From contig JBITNC010000001.1 of assembly GCA_050084985.1 (NCBI GenBank), positions 130,200,001 through 130,264,000 of the forward strand: a DNA stretch of 64,000 nucleotides. The letters run 5' to 3'. Positions within the stretch are counted from its first letter, which is position 1. Each line of letters opens with the position of its first letter. The DNA is from Nageia nagi (lineage: Eukaryota; Plantae; Pinophyta). Both the position numbers and the translations under genes were made by a program. Below the pieces are notes generated by a model, which had not been told where the DNA came from, ran no database searches, and saw only the letters and a program-made list of their open reading frames with translations. Shown here one piece after another: positions 1 through 14,036 of the stretch.

Positions 1-226
1 GTGAAATGACCAAGCTAACAGGATGTTGGTCAAGAGGATCAGGCCCAACCTAAGAGGAAGAGCGCTCTTCTTCCTATAATGAAGCAAAAACCAAATAGGA
101 GGAAGACATATGGAATTGACCAATTGGAGCGACATGATGATAGGATGGCTAATCACATATAAGGATGGGCATGGACTAGATCTTAGGATTGCAATAAGGT
201 CACACAAAATCCTTAGGTGACTTACC

Positions 227-1450
227 TATTATTCTTTTACAATTACACTTTGTAAGGAGGGTAACATTCTGCTATTCGTAGATTCTTTCATTCATTTATT
301 CTTTCTCACTAAGGTCCATGCTTTTAATTCTTATTTATTACTCCCCTTTAATTCTTTTGTAAGTGTTGTAATGAGTGTATAATCTTTATACTTAATCATT
401 TTTATAAAATTTTGTTAAGTCTAGGAAAGTCTGGGTACTATTGATATTTTCAGGTAGTAGTTGATTTGTGTCATAACTTAAACTGCCATTTTGTTAAGAG
501 GTGGGTGTTGTTGTGTAAATAAGTCCCATATGTTTGTTGCAATACAATTGGGTCTTCACCAATAACTATACATAGGTATGAGATTGAAAGGCATTTTTAT
601 TTTGTCTTAGTCATGTCCAGGAAATAATGTAACATGTAAGGGAAGTAAGTGTCTAAGTCCAAGTCTAGGTATTATAGGAGTTCAAGTTTGTAAAATTTAG
701 GTTCTATATACCTGGGTACTATTTTTAAGAAATATTATAAATATGAGTCATTATTGAGTCAAATTAGTTAATGAGTAATGTTCTAGATCTAGTGAATTTC
801 CAAAGAAAAAGTTGTACCATACACCAAAAATAAATGGGCACTAAGTTAATCCATCAATGGGTGTTATCAAGGGACCAAATAATGTGAGATGTTTTAGTGA
901 GTCTATTTTGTAGACCCCATCAATTTTAAGTGATGACATCACACCTTTTGTTGAAAATTAGCAGGTGATTAGATAACTCTTAGTCAACCAATAGAATCCA
1001 CAAGAGAAAATATGACTTGCTAAGCTGAAAAGAGAACTATGAGATAAGGGGAACACTCAAGTCCACTTAGTAGTTCTTCCTTAGGTTTCAAAGTTATATC
1101 TTTCATTTCCCTCATAATTTTCTTAACCTAGAGCTATAGTGATCCTCATAAATGGTTTTAGAGAGTTAGATAGATTTCGATAGACAATAGAGATAGATCA
1201 TACTAATCAAGTTGATAGACCATACTTTGATAATTAGCTACAGTTGTAATAAGATATAATCAAAGATAAATTTGAGACATTACAATTGAGAATGTACATA
1301 GATTCAAATTCTATAGATTCCTAGACATTGGCACTAATTGTAATAAGATACTGTGTAATTTAGCATAGTTATAGATTGAAGTTGTACATTTGTAAATAGT
1401 TCTTTATTTATGTTCTTAGTCAATAAGGTAATTAAGGGAAATAATGGTCA
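227..1450 (+). repeat. 5' LTR of element A, truncated at its 3' end
   Basis: Colinear with 15800-17085 (e.g. gagggtaacatt, ctaggaaagt.tgggtact, catacaccaaaa, gggaaataatggt). Has a ~65-bp internal deletion near 1068. Homology stops at ~1450, where gag-like sequence begins. Confidence 0.9.
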
Positions 1451-1454
1451 AAAG

Positions 1455-4400
1455 ATATCCCCATGAGTCTGTAGATGATTTTAATTTAAGATTTGAGAAA
1501 ACTTGAAAGTCCATTCCAACAAGGATTAGATCAATAAATAGTCAAGACATGGTATATTATAGGAAAGCATTTCTTTTGAACCTTAATGTATTGATTTTTA
1601 TATCAAGTGGTACTTTCCCAAATGTATATCAAAGAGCTAAAACTGCTGAGCATACCTTGGTATCTTCTAGTAAGATACATCCTAGATCCATTATGCCCTT
1701 ATTTCCCAATCTACCTTCAAAATAGGTTCCTTTTCAAATTTCTCATCCTAGATTATTAGCTTTACCACCTCCTTCTCATAAACCTACCACTTAAAACTAA
1801 GTACCAGCACTACCAGCTCTTGCATCTACAAGTACAAATACTAGTTCTAATGCATGAGAGGAAGAGAGGATAAGGTAGCTAGAGATAACTATTAGGAACC
1901 TGATAAATCAGCTCACTTTACAAGAGATGTAGAATCAAGGATTCAATTACAAGAGATATGATAAATAGTATTAATGAAGATTTCAACCCAAAAATAATGA
2001 GCCATAATAACCACTTGCTCATAAAGCTATAGAAAATGTAGTAATGGTTAGTTTTGTAGAAAGTGATGCTTCGAGTATTACAAAATGGTGTCCTCCTTGT
2101 TCAGTTCCAAATTTTCTAGACTCTTGTATAGTGTATCAATATCAACATTTGGGCTTACATTATAATCAGATGATAGAACTTGCATTAGATCCTACTACAT
2201 ACCTTACCATGGTTAATTTTTGGCTTCTAGGCTATGCTAGAGAACAAGCCAATTATGTTCAAACCAAAACTTCTACTTTAGCAGCTTCGTAACAAGCCCA
2301 AGTAACTTAACAAAATTAACAACCCATTCTAGATCAATTTTATTAAAAAAGAGTTAAGGCTCCTATGCTTCAACCATAGGATCAATAAAATCAACTTCCT
2401 AATTATTCAATTCAAGTTTCTTAAGATCCAAGTAATGTTGCTTCTTCACTAAGAAACCCTACTATGACCAAAAATGAAGTCCCAAAAAAAGAGAGGCCTC
2501 CTCCACTAAGATATCCTTTTATCATTAAACACCATAAGGAGAAAGCCACTTAGCATTTCAAATCACATCAGCCCATTGAAATAAGTAAGTTAAGCCCTTA
2601 CATCCCATACAATATTTTGGAATAATTAAATAAAACACCTTCTAAAATGATAATATTTGATACATTAAGGATTCTAGGTCAAATTGACCTCTTTCAAGAA
2701 GCTTTGAAGCTTAAAAATAGTAAAAAGAGGGTAAATGAGGAAAATGTAGTATTTGTAATTTCTAATGATGTCCCTCTAGCTCCTGTAGGCATAAGAAGAC
2801 CTCCACCTTTTTATTTATCTCTTAAACTAGAAGGTTGGGTAGTTAATAATTGCATGATTGATATTGAAGCTTTCGTTATTATTATTATTCCCAAAGTAGT
2901 TGCAAATGAGATGAAATTTTATATTACTTGATGCATAAATAGAGTCACACAACTAGATTCTTCCTTGATAGATGTAGTTGGTAGTGTAAAAGGAGTTTCC
3001 ATAACCCTAAATGCATTCCTAGATATATTTATCATTCAAGATATTATTTTCATTGATCTTCCACCCTTGTTTAGGATCTACATATCTAGAGAATTTACTA
3101 CCAATAAGGAAGGTTATTTAGCCTTATATTACACACATCTCCTACTCCCTCTCCAAAATAAAAAGTTTAAAATACCAAATGAGGGAGCTGTAAGTGTTTA
3201 TCTTAAGAAGATCACTAAACAAAACTATTTGAATGGCCCTAGACTAGTAGAAATATTAGAGAGGGATACACTCAAAGAGACACTGCTAACCACAAAAATC
3301 CTTTCAGCTAATGAATTCAATTACCAAGTCATTGACATTGGCATGGGTAACTATTTTTTATATGAAAATATGTATCCTATCTTAGTCATTGTTGAGAGAG
3401 AGCATGATGTATAGATAATGCACTTTGATAGGGCTAGATGCAAACATGGTTGCAATGCTGATGTTGTTTCCAAGTACCAAAAGAACATATGATAAGGTTC
3501 ACATTTCAATTCTTATGAATTTACATAAATAATACTGCTGAATATGAAGCCCTCTATTTATAGTTATCTAAAGTGATTAGCATGGGCATCATATGCCTAG
3601 TGGTGCATGGTGATTCTAAAATGGTCATAAAGCAAGTCAAATATCAAATTAGAGTGAGACATCACTATTTGAAGACTTACAAGAATAGGGTATGGGACTT
3701 CTTAGAGTTATTCTTGGTAATCAATTTCATCTCTATTCATAAGAGGTACAATTAAGTTACTGATGCACTTATGGATAAAGGTGCATGTTACAATCTTGCT
3801 TATCATAAGAGAGGAAGCTATGGAGTTAAATTCCAATGTAGGCCATTTATGTCTAACATTATAAATTTTTGAAAGGTAATTGAATCTGATGAGCATATTA
3901 TGAATTTCCTTATAGATGAAGTAGTAGCTCACACCTTTGGTGTTGAAGAACTACTTGACTATTTCTAATATTTGGATGTTATACAACTCAAAAATAATGT
4001 CATTCCCAAAGGTTTGCTCTCTTTTGAATAACTATTTGACTTTGAAGATGTTCAAAAAGTCAAAACTTTGGCTCTTCAAAAGGAGAGCAATGTTGAGCTA
4101 GAAGTTGAACTTGAAAAATGCATAAAGGTTACTTCATAGTGCTTTGAAGAAGAAAACATGATATTTCATATTTACCATGAGTTCCCCAATGTAATTGCCT
4201 AGAATTATGATGATTATAAGATATATGATAAGAATGTAATTCAACACACCATTGAGCTTAAACTAGAAGAAAAATCATGTAGAAAAAATAAAGGCTAGTA
4301 AACCCAAGGATAGAAGAAGCAATGAAGAAGGAGTTGATAAAAATCCTAGATGCTAAAATTATCTCTCCTATCAAGCATTCTTCTTGGGTAGCCAATTTAA

Positions 4401-6841
4401 TCCCAGTAAGGAAGAAGAGTAGAGAAATTAGATAATGCATAGATTTTAGAAATCTAAACTAGTTGTCTCTCAAAGATAATTATCCTCTCCCTCCCATGGA
4501 ACAAATCCTACATATAGTATTCGAAGCATGCTATTTTTCTATAATTAATGGTTATTCAGGATTCAACCAAATTTGAGTAAATGATGATGATAAGTTCAAA
4601 TTGCATTCACTACCAAATGGGAGATATTTGCATTTCAAATAATGCCTTTTGGTCTCTCTAATGCTAGGGCTACTTTTCAGAGAGCCATGGACCACGTCTT
4701 TGGTGACTTGATAAATAAGATAATCCTAGTCTACCTAGATGACATCATAATATTTTCTAGGAGTAGAAAGGACCACTTGAGTCATCTTAGGCAAGTTTTT
4801 AAAAAATATATAGAATTTGGAATTTTTATCAATCCTAAAAAATCTATTTTTATGGTTAACCAAGGAAAACTACTAGATCATATTGTCTTAGAAAAAAGAT
4901 TGATAATTGATCCAGATAGAGTAAAAGCTATTGATGCATTACCTCTACCTTCAAATAAGAAGGCCTTACAATCCTTCCTTGGTCAAATGAATTTTTTTAG
5001 AAAGTTTATTAATGATTTTTCTTATATTATTTCTCCAATAACACCAATGTTAAAGAAATATGTTGTATTTTTCCTTGTCCAAAGAAACAAAGCAAACTTT
5101 TCATGATATCAAAAAGGCAATAATCAAAGCTCCTATTTTGAAAAATCTTGATTTTTCAAAATATTTTATCTTGTATGCATATAGAGTAGAGAAAAGTGTT
5201 GCTACTATTTTGGCACATAAAGATGACCAAAAGAAAGAGCATCCCATTACCTTTGATAGTCAAACACTACACCATCATTAAAGAAGGTATTCATTTATTG
5301 AAAGAAAGTGTTTTCCCTAATGAGAGGAATTAAAATTTATAAACATTATGTGTCTCATAACAAAATCCTTGTATATACCATTCATCTAGATATAAGAAAT
5401 TATGTTGTCCAAGGAGAATTGGATGAAGGACAAGCTAGTTGGATCACAAGAATAATGGAATATGATGTAGAAATTAAACAAACCAAGATCATAAGGGGAA
5501 GATCCTTCTATGAAAACATAGCAAAGGTTGCACACATGATTGCTATAATCGAGGATGAGGAGCATCTCAGCCAAAAGAATGATTGAATAAAGAAATTTAT
5601 TTTTTATTTTAGAACTAGTAAATGTCTTGAATCTTTAGATAGGTTTCAAAGAAGGAAATCCAAGTTACAAGCATTGAAGTTTATGATGGTAGATGACTGT
5701 ATTTATAAGAAGAATTTTGATCAATCTTATTGAGATGTATGACTTAGGATGAAGCCCAAATAATTTTACATGAATTTCATTATGGATTCTTTAGAGGACA
5801 CTATAGTGGTACTACTAATGTAGAAAAAGTGTTACAAGTGGGCTATTATTGGCCTAATTTATTTCAAAATTCATTCAAGATAGCCCAAAAGTGTGATAAA
5901 TGTAGCAAATATGTGGGAAAAAGGAGACAAGCTATAATGCCTCTTAAACCTATGGTTGTTGAAGAATATTTCCAACAATGGGGTCTAGATTTCATTCATA
6001 TTATAAACCTAAATTATTCAATAGGCCACAAGTTTATTCTAACTACAATAGACTATTCCATAAGATAGTTAGAAGCCATGCCATGTAAGAATGCAAATCA
6101 GGAAGTAGTGATAGAGATGATCAAAAGGATAATTACTTGCTTTAGCATCCCATAGACTATTGTATCTGATAATGGTCCTGCATTTATTAGAGCTAATTTA
6201 TTAGACTTTGTTACTGAGTATGGATTTATTGGATGTTCTCTTCAAACTATTACCTATAAGAGAATGGGTTAGCTAAATCAATAAATAAAAACTTAACATA
6301 GATCATTAAAAGAACAATTAAAGGAATACCAGACAATGGCATATATAAATAGACTATGCATCATGGAAGATAGAATCAATATCAAATCAACTATCAAGAC
6401 ATATCCTTATGCATTAGTTTATGATAAAATATTGGTGTTGCTAATCCATCTTGAATTACCTGCATTAAAATCCTATAAGGATTAGAAGATTATGACTTTG
6501 AGCCATTGCAAGCAAGGTTCAATCAGTTGATAAGGTTGGAAGAGTACAAAAACAAAGCCTATAAATCTTTTCAATATCAAAAATAGATTGTTAAACAATG
6601 GTTTGACAAGAAAAAATCTTCTCAAGTCAAGTTTGGAGTCAAAGACATTATCCTCAAATGAGATGATGAAAGAGCAAAACCCAAAAAATATCAAAAATTT
6701 GATTCATTATGGAGCAAGCCCTATATCATCATTCAAGCCTTACAAAGTAATGAATTCAAACTTTAAGACATTTATGGATACCAAAAACTACCTATCCCAA
6801 TTAATAGGATCTATTTGAAACATTACCAAGTGATTAGGTGA
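1455..6841 (+). pseudogene. gag-pol polyprotein of element A (many stops and frameshifts)
   Basis: gag ESVDDFNLRFEK (~1465); protease VVNNCMID..A.V (~2840); aRH *IMHFD.AR, NTAEYEAL, VHGDSKMVIKQV (3410-3770); RT SSWVANLIPVRKK, CIDFRNLN, MPFGLSNARATFQRAM, VYLDD (4370-5100); RH (5150-5500); INT HHCC, FQQWGLDF, IVSDNGPAF and WSKPYII (GPY/F-like) (5770-6840). Confidence 0.95.
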
Positions 6842-9648
6842 TTTAATAACACCTACTAAGATGGTATAGTATAAATACTCTAATATTTCTTTTTATTATT
6901 TTCATAAAAAGAATTGTATATATTGGTTCACTAATGTAGTGCTTCCCAAGAAGGTAAGAAGCCATTAATGGTTGCATTAAATAAGCATGGTGAAGGTTAA
7001 ACTTGATAGATGTAAACCATCTTATCAAAAGGATGACATTTAAGAGATAGATTTTCTTGAAAAAACCACTAGTTGTGCCTTACGTTCCAATTTAAATCCA
7101 ACATGCTTGAATTAAATATGATCTTGCTTATCATCCCTGATATGGCACTCTACTTGAACCTTGAAATTCCTTGTTTATTAATTTCCATTAATAGATGATA
7201 TTTGCAAACCCTAGGAAAATAAAACATACTCATCAACCACTTGTTCTTCACTTAGCAAATTTTAGAGCCCAAGTTTTCGAGAGTTGCAAAGAATATTGTA
7301 TACAAAGATTAGGTGCTAGGTGTGGAAGAGTATCAAAGTTTGATCTTGCAAAGGTCATATGTATTGGATGCTTACTTGAGCTATACGAAAGTTATTGAAC
7401 ACCATAGTAAGCATCAATGGTACTATAGTGACTAACAAAGAGGAAGTGGATGCTAACCTGATAGCAATTCATGGGGAATACTTGGAATATGATCTCAATG
7501 TCAACTAGATGAAGGCAGAGGTCATGAATCATCTAGATACTTGGAAAGTAGACCCTGAAAGAATCTTATTATAGTACCAAGTACCAAAAATTGCAAGCAA
7601 AGGGAATTCATTAATAGAATCAAGTAGAAATATTTTATTGAACCAAGCATTAGTGTATTATGTGCCTTATGAGTATTTCATCTATCTAGAGCTCTATTTT
7701 TCAATTGCACTTAGGCATAGATCATTGGGTTATGAGGTTAAAGATTATAATGAGTAGAATAAGGGAGAATCAAAGTCTAGGTACCAACCTAATATCTTTT
7801 TGGACTAATCCCTAGAGGAAATTGTACATATATTTATAGTCCTGACTGATTGGAGCTTTCATATCAAGAAGCAAATTGATCTCAAGAGAGAAAAGGCTAA
7901 TTTTTGTCATAATGAGAGTGATATGCTATATTGGATTGATGAGAGGTATGAAGAAAGATGCACCAAGCTCCTATAGAGCTATGACATTACCTCCTTTGAG
8001 AAATCATGGGACACATAAGTCCTATAGGCATTGGTTGTTATTCTTGCAAAGAAGACCTAGATAGAGGCAGATGAACCCATGATGAGAATGGCATATAATA
8101 TTATTAAGGTGCATATCTATTATGATTTTCCTACCTTCATCTCAAATGAGGTCAAGAAAAATCTATTCAATATTGAAAAATTTGATTTATGGCACTCATC
8201 ATATTTGTGGTGGCTCATAATCCATCAAAATTTGGAAGCTCTAATGGAAGGAGGACTCTAGATTACACTAGCCACTTTGTCCACAACACCCATGCCAATT
8301 GATTTAAGAGTGTTAATGCCTAAAAATGCCATGGCTCATACTATGAGTTCATGAAGAAATTCTATGCCCTAGTGATGTAGATTCTCATAGGAAGAGTCAC
8401 TCACAAATTGCACTAATCAACCATGGAGGAGTTGTAAAGAGGCAACAACAATGGAGATTGGTATTTTTTAAAAAATCATAAAATAATAATAAGGTATTGG
8501 TATTTTAAAAACCCATTTTTGTTACTTAAACTTGTTACCTCATAGTTGTATTCTTTATAAATGGGTAGGAAAATGTGTGATATAGAAACTAAGTATGGGT
8601 TAGGAGGTAATTTTAAACCCATTATCAAATTACCTACAACTACTGCAAATTTTACTTTAATAGAAATAGGTCGTAAAGATGAGCTAGCAAACTTTATTGT
8701 ATAAAATTTTAAATTAAATAGTGTAGATTCCCCTTGGATGTATGACCCAGTGGGTTATATAATAAAATTAAAAAAATCAAATAAAAAATGCTCGACATTT
8801 GCCTATGAAGCCCAATTATATGTAGAATATTTTGCAAATCAAACAGAACAAGAGGTTGAGGCATCCTTGAAGTGGGAATTTAGAATTATTGAAAAGACAT
8901 GGATGGCCCTTGAAGGCATGAAAAGTATAGAATCTAAGAGGTTAGATGCCAAGAGTTTTCCTTGAACCTAGAGTTTGTCACCTAATTACAATATGAATTG
9001 GGTTGGGGCCCTAACAAAATAGAGTTTTTCATCAAATTTAGATTTGAATATACTACCAAAGAAAATCATGTTGAAAAATAATGCTTTAATGAGTTTTCTT
9101 ATGATTAGTATTGGAATTCCTAGTACATGCATGACCTACTGTCGAAAAAAGGAAAACCACTATTAGCCAATTTTCAAGGGAAGGTTGCAAAAGATGATCA
9201 AATAGTGGTGCAACATACATGGGAGCTAAAGAATACAAGGAAAAGGAGAGCAAAAGAAGCTTCCAATTCACAGTAGATTCAAAAAAAGAAAACATAAATA
9301 ATTACCACTTCTAGGGAGTCTTCTCCAAAAAGGATAAGAATCAGGCTAAAATCAAAAGCACAATAACCCTTAGAAAAAAATAGGTCTGGGAAAAGAAGGC
9401 AAATACTATTAAGCAACCAATAGTAAAGACCCAGACTCTATCTCCATAAAAAATAAGCTAGGAATAGCCTAAACCAAGCATAAGAGTATAATGACCTACT
9501 TGATGACACCATTAGAAAAAGACTAAGAGGAGGAAATAATTGACATTAAATCATTGACACACCCTATGAACATCATAAATAATGTAGTTGCATATAGAAT
9601 AATTGCTATGAATATCAATTTCTCAATGATATTATGTTTACCAATGTG

Positions 9649-12600
9649 TGTAGATTAATCTTACCCTACAAGACGAGATGAGCATCACAAGTAAAGGTGT
9701 GTTCCCTTGTTTTACATTTTGAAATTTGAATTTAAAATGGAGTGAAAAAGAAACATACCTTATTTAAATTTGAAAAATTTATATAAGGTTAGAAAAATAA
9801 ATTTAATGAGGTAAAAATCTAAAATGAGTGTCCATACTATTGCCACATAGGGCTAATAGTAAAAACACTATTAGAAAAAGACTAAGGTCTCCTTGTGGTA
9901 TTGCAAAATATTTAATAGCTAGGAAAATAATGGAGTAATGACCATACTTAATTTTGTTTTCTTGTGTTAGATATGGATAAAATTTTGCAGTAATTTTTCA
10001 ATTAATAAAAAGGCTCCAAAGTATTTAATACCATTTCAATCATCAACAACTTTAAGCAAACCTACCCTAAAAACATTATTAAAGATGTGAGGAGATGTCC
10101 ATTTGGAGACACTTGGACCTCCTTAGCTATAAATAAAAGGGTGTAACCTTAAGAAAAACACCTACCTATCTTTTATTTTTTTCATTCTTGTTATTCTCAA
10201 GCTTGGTGTAGAGTTACATGAAGAAAAGAAGTCTCTCTTCCCTCTTCAAGTCAAGGTGCATTATTTTATATTCTTTTTGCCTAATTAAAGTAGTCCTATT
10301 TTTGAGGTATTTAATAAGTTGTATGAAAGTAAATAAGTGGGATTTTCTTTTGTTATTATCCATTTATTTAGATGTAAAGGTGGAAAATTTCATGTATAAA
10401 TTGTGTTATGTATTTTATGATATTTTGAGGAGATTAGTCAAATATTTCTTCTTATGCCTTTAGCTAGAATTTAATGAATTTATTTTGACATGAATTTTAT
10501 TAAATTCTTAATATAATGTTTATCATAATATTTGATAAAGTTTTATAGAATTAATTATTGTTAGAAATGTTATACCATTTGAAGAGACATAGTGGTTATT
10601 TTATTTAAAGGCTGATACCATGTATTTTTTTTAAAAAAGTAAAGGAGTGGGATTTTCTTTTGTTATTCTCCTTTTATATAGATATAGGGGTGGAAAATTT
10701 TATGTACAAATTGTATTATGTATTTTATGATATTTTAAAGAGACTAATCAAATATTTCTTTTTATACCTTTAACTAAAGTTTAATGAATTTATTTTCACA
10801 TGAATTTTATTAAAATCTTAATATGATATTTATCATAATGTTTGATAAAATTTTATAGAATTAATTATTGTTAGAAGTGTTGTACCCTTTGAAGAGACAT
10901 AGTGGTTATTTTATTTAAATATTGTTACCATGTATTTTTCTTTAAAAAGTAAAGGAGTGGAATTTTCTTTTGTTATTTTCCTTTTATTTAAATGTAGGGA
11001 AGGAAAATTTCACGTACAAATTGTATTATGTATTTTATGATATTTTAAATAGACTAGTTAAATATTTGTCCTTATGCCTTTAGCTAAAGTTTAATAAATT
11101 TATTTTGATATGAATTTTATTAAAATCTTAATATGATATTTATCATAATATTCGATAAAAAATTTTAGAATTAATTATTGTTAGAAGTGTTGTACCCTTT
11201 GAAGAGATATAGTGGTTATTTTATTTAAAGGTTGGTACCATGTCTTTTTCTTTAAAAAGTAAAGGAGTGGAATTTTCTTTTGTTATTGTCCCTTTATTTA
11301 GGTGTAGGGGTGGAAAATTTCATGTAAAAATTACATTATGTATTTTATGATATTTTAAGGACACTAGTCAAATATTTCTCCTTATGCCTTTAGCTAAAGT
11401 TTAATGAATTTATTTTGACATGAATTTTATTAAAATCCTATTATGAGATATTTAATAAATAAATATTATTAAATTCATATGAAAGTGGGGAAATATGAAT
11501 TAATAAAAATATGTTTGCTTGTTATTATCTATATTTGTCAATTAAACTAATTAGTATCTAATAAGTTGATAAATATGTTTAATAATTTTAATAAGTAATT
11601 AAAGGACTCTTTAGAATCTTGTATTAAATAAACTATGTTTTGAGATTATGCTATTGGTATAATGTTTAGTAAAATAATTCAAATAATACCATTTTCATTA
11701 ATTAATTATTAAGGTATCCAAAACTTTATTATGAATGATTTAATTATTTAAGATGAATTAATTATAGGGTAAATAAATAATGGATTAATATACATTGACC
11801 AAGGAAAGGAGATAATTTCTCCTAAGGTCTATACTTAAATTTATTTGTATAATAGTCAAGTTTAAAAAGCTTTATCTTGATTCTTCTCCCTCCTAGTACT
11901 CAATCCACCCACCAAGTTCCAAAAGGATGTTCGATACTCATTGCATAAAGATCAATGGAGATGTTTGACAGTTGATACAATGATCAAAACCATATGACAT
12001 AAACAAAGTTTAATTACAAACTCATTATATATGAAATAGTATGACTTTTCAAAAAGATCCCATTAATGATTAAATGGATTGCATTATATTATATTGTATT
12101 AATTCATTAAAGGTTGTTTTGTATTTATGTCGTGTTAATATGGTAAATGGAAAGTAGATGAGTTGTACTTCAACAAATTGGTTTATTTATATAAATGATT
12201 AATAAGTTGTCCTTTTTATTGAAAATAATATTATGATGGATTAATGCTATAAATAGTGATGATTATGTGAATAGAAGTAGGAATTAATATTTATTATTTC
12301 ATGATCAATAGTGGGTAGTATAAATCAATTTAAGTAGATGATTTTACCAAGACTATCAAAGAAGTATATTGTTTAGGTTATTAATTCTAATAAAATCCAA
12401 AACTATTCCAATGACTTAGAAATAATCTTAAATTTGAACTACTAAGGTTCCAAATGATAATTTGTGATCACTTGAGAAATTTTAGGAACCCTTAGGATCA
12501 AAATGGATACAAATGGAACCATATGGGAATAAATGGGATCATTTGGTATCCTTTGGGATAAATACATAGTTTTTAGATAATAAGGTTAAGATAATAATCA

Positions 12601-14036
12601 AAGTTTAAAGGATAAAACCTAATCTGATATAGAATTAGAATCTACCTACTTAGTGAATGAATTGTTAAATTTGAGATTTAATGAATTTATGGTTTACATA
12701 GTATATTAATGAATGAAGTAGGGAACTAGGGTTAGAAAATGCCACCTAAGTACATGACCTCACATATGAAACCAAAGTGGGTTATGTTTTTATTTATTTG
12801 CAAATTATATAAATTGATTAATTAAATTTATAAGGATTAAATGAATATTTCTCAATTTCTTATACAATGGTCTTAAGGATCGAAAATAAATAAGAACTCT
12901 AAATAAATCCACTATCATTCTAGTGTTTTAGAAAAGGATCCCATATTAGTCATATGGACCCAAATTTAGATCATAAGGGAAATGTTAGGAACCCTTTGAG
13001 ATTAAATGGGATAGTTTAGGGATACTATGGGAAATAATTTGGATTATTTCAGATTGTCATAGGATCTAAATATTAAAATTTCTAGAACATCAATTTGCAC
13101 TTAAACTAGTGATATTAAACCTTTACATCATAACAACTATACCCTTAAGTTCAAGTATATGGTAATGAAGTTCAAATAAAACTAGGGTATGATAATTAGG
13201 AGTATCTACTTGCAAGCAAATTCAAGAGTACCTAGTGAACATACCCTCGTAATTATAAAGAAAAGGTGAAGACTAAATAAAGTCTATGAGGTATCAATAT
13301 GTAAACCATGTGGGATATATGTCCCTAAATAGTAAACCTTGAGAAACTAACAAATCGATAAATGATAGACTTTAAAAAAATAGTCTTAAATTTTAGAGGT
13401 GTTATATGGTAAAAGATGGAGTAGCATTACAAGAAGATACAAAGTTGTTGGATGTAGTAGAAACTCACAAAAGCAAAAGCATTGACATCATTATTTATCA
13501 AGATACTCAAAACGAAATGGTGGAGATAGAGATGCTAATAATGATAAGGATCCAAATAAAAAGAAAGACTCTGGCCCAAAGGATAAGCCACCTAAAAAGG
13601 ATCCTACCATAGATGAAGAAAAAGAGAAGGAATAGGTAATACCCGCTATAGAGACAACACATATGCTTTCCAAAGATACTTCAACATAAACCTCAGGACT
13701 AGGTGCATATTATCATTCTTTAATTTGTTTTTCTACAGCCTCATAAAAGGAAATAAAAAGTATTTTTTCTACTCAAGTAGTATAGCCCATTGATTATGCT
13801 CCCAAATAAAACTAGGGTATGATAATCAATAGTATCTGCTTGTAAGAAAAGTTAAGAGTACCAAGTGAACATACCCTCATAATTACAAAGAAAGGATGAA
13901 CACTTACTAAAGTTGATGAGGTATCAATATGTAAACCATGTGGGATATATGTCTCTAAATAGTAAACCTTGAGAAGTCAACAAATTGATAAATGATAGAC
14001 TTTAAAAAAATAGTCTTAAATTTTAGGGGTGTTAGA
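9649..14036 (+). mobile_element. Inserted large LTR (solo-LTR-like) inside element A
   Basis: Non-coding block interrupting the extra ORF. TATA box ctataaata at ~10127. Typical Gypsy LTR end aaattttaggggtgtta(c)a at ~14020-14036, duplicated at ~13390-13406. Left boundary uncertain (9583-9649); no TSD found. Confidence 0.6.
10327..11440 (+). repeat. Tandem array, 310-bp unit, ~3.6 copies
   Basis: Motif aagtaaa(gg)agtgg(g/a)attttcttttgttatt recurs at ~10327, 10637, 10947 and 11257, with colinear units. Confidence 0.95.

Noticed and set aside
227-271. PPT-like aaggagggtaac in front of a TG in both LTR copies of A, suggesting a tandem element sharing an LTR
   Set aside because: Homology extends ~25 bp further upstream to a TGTTATTC start (15800/227), so the purine tract is more simply inside the LTR.
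10327-11440. CRISPR-like periodic repeat
   Set aside because: Units are 310 bp and similar throughout, with no unique spacers or cas genes; the context is eukaryotic.
13406-13415. tggtaaaaga as a Met PBS after the inserted LTR
   Set aside because: Only a partial match, and the sequence continues as the host extra ORF rather than a new gag.
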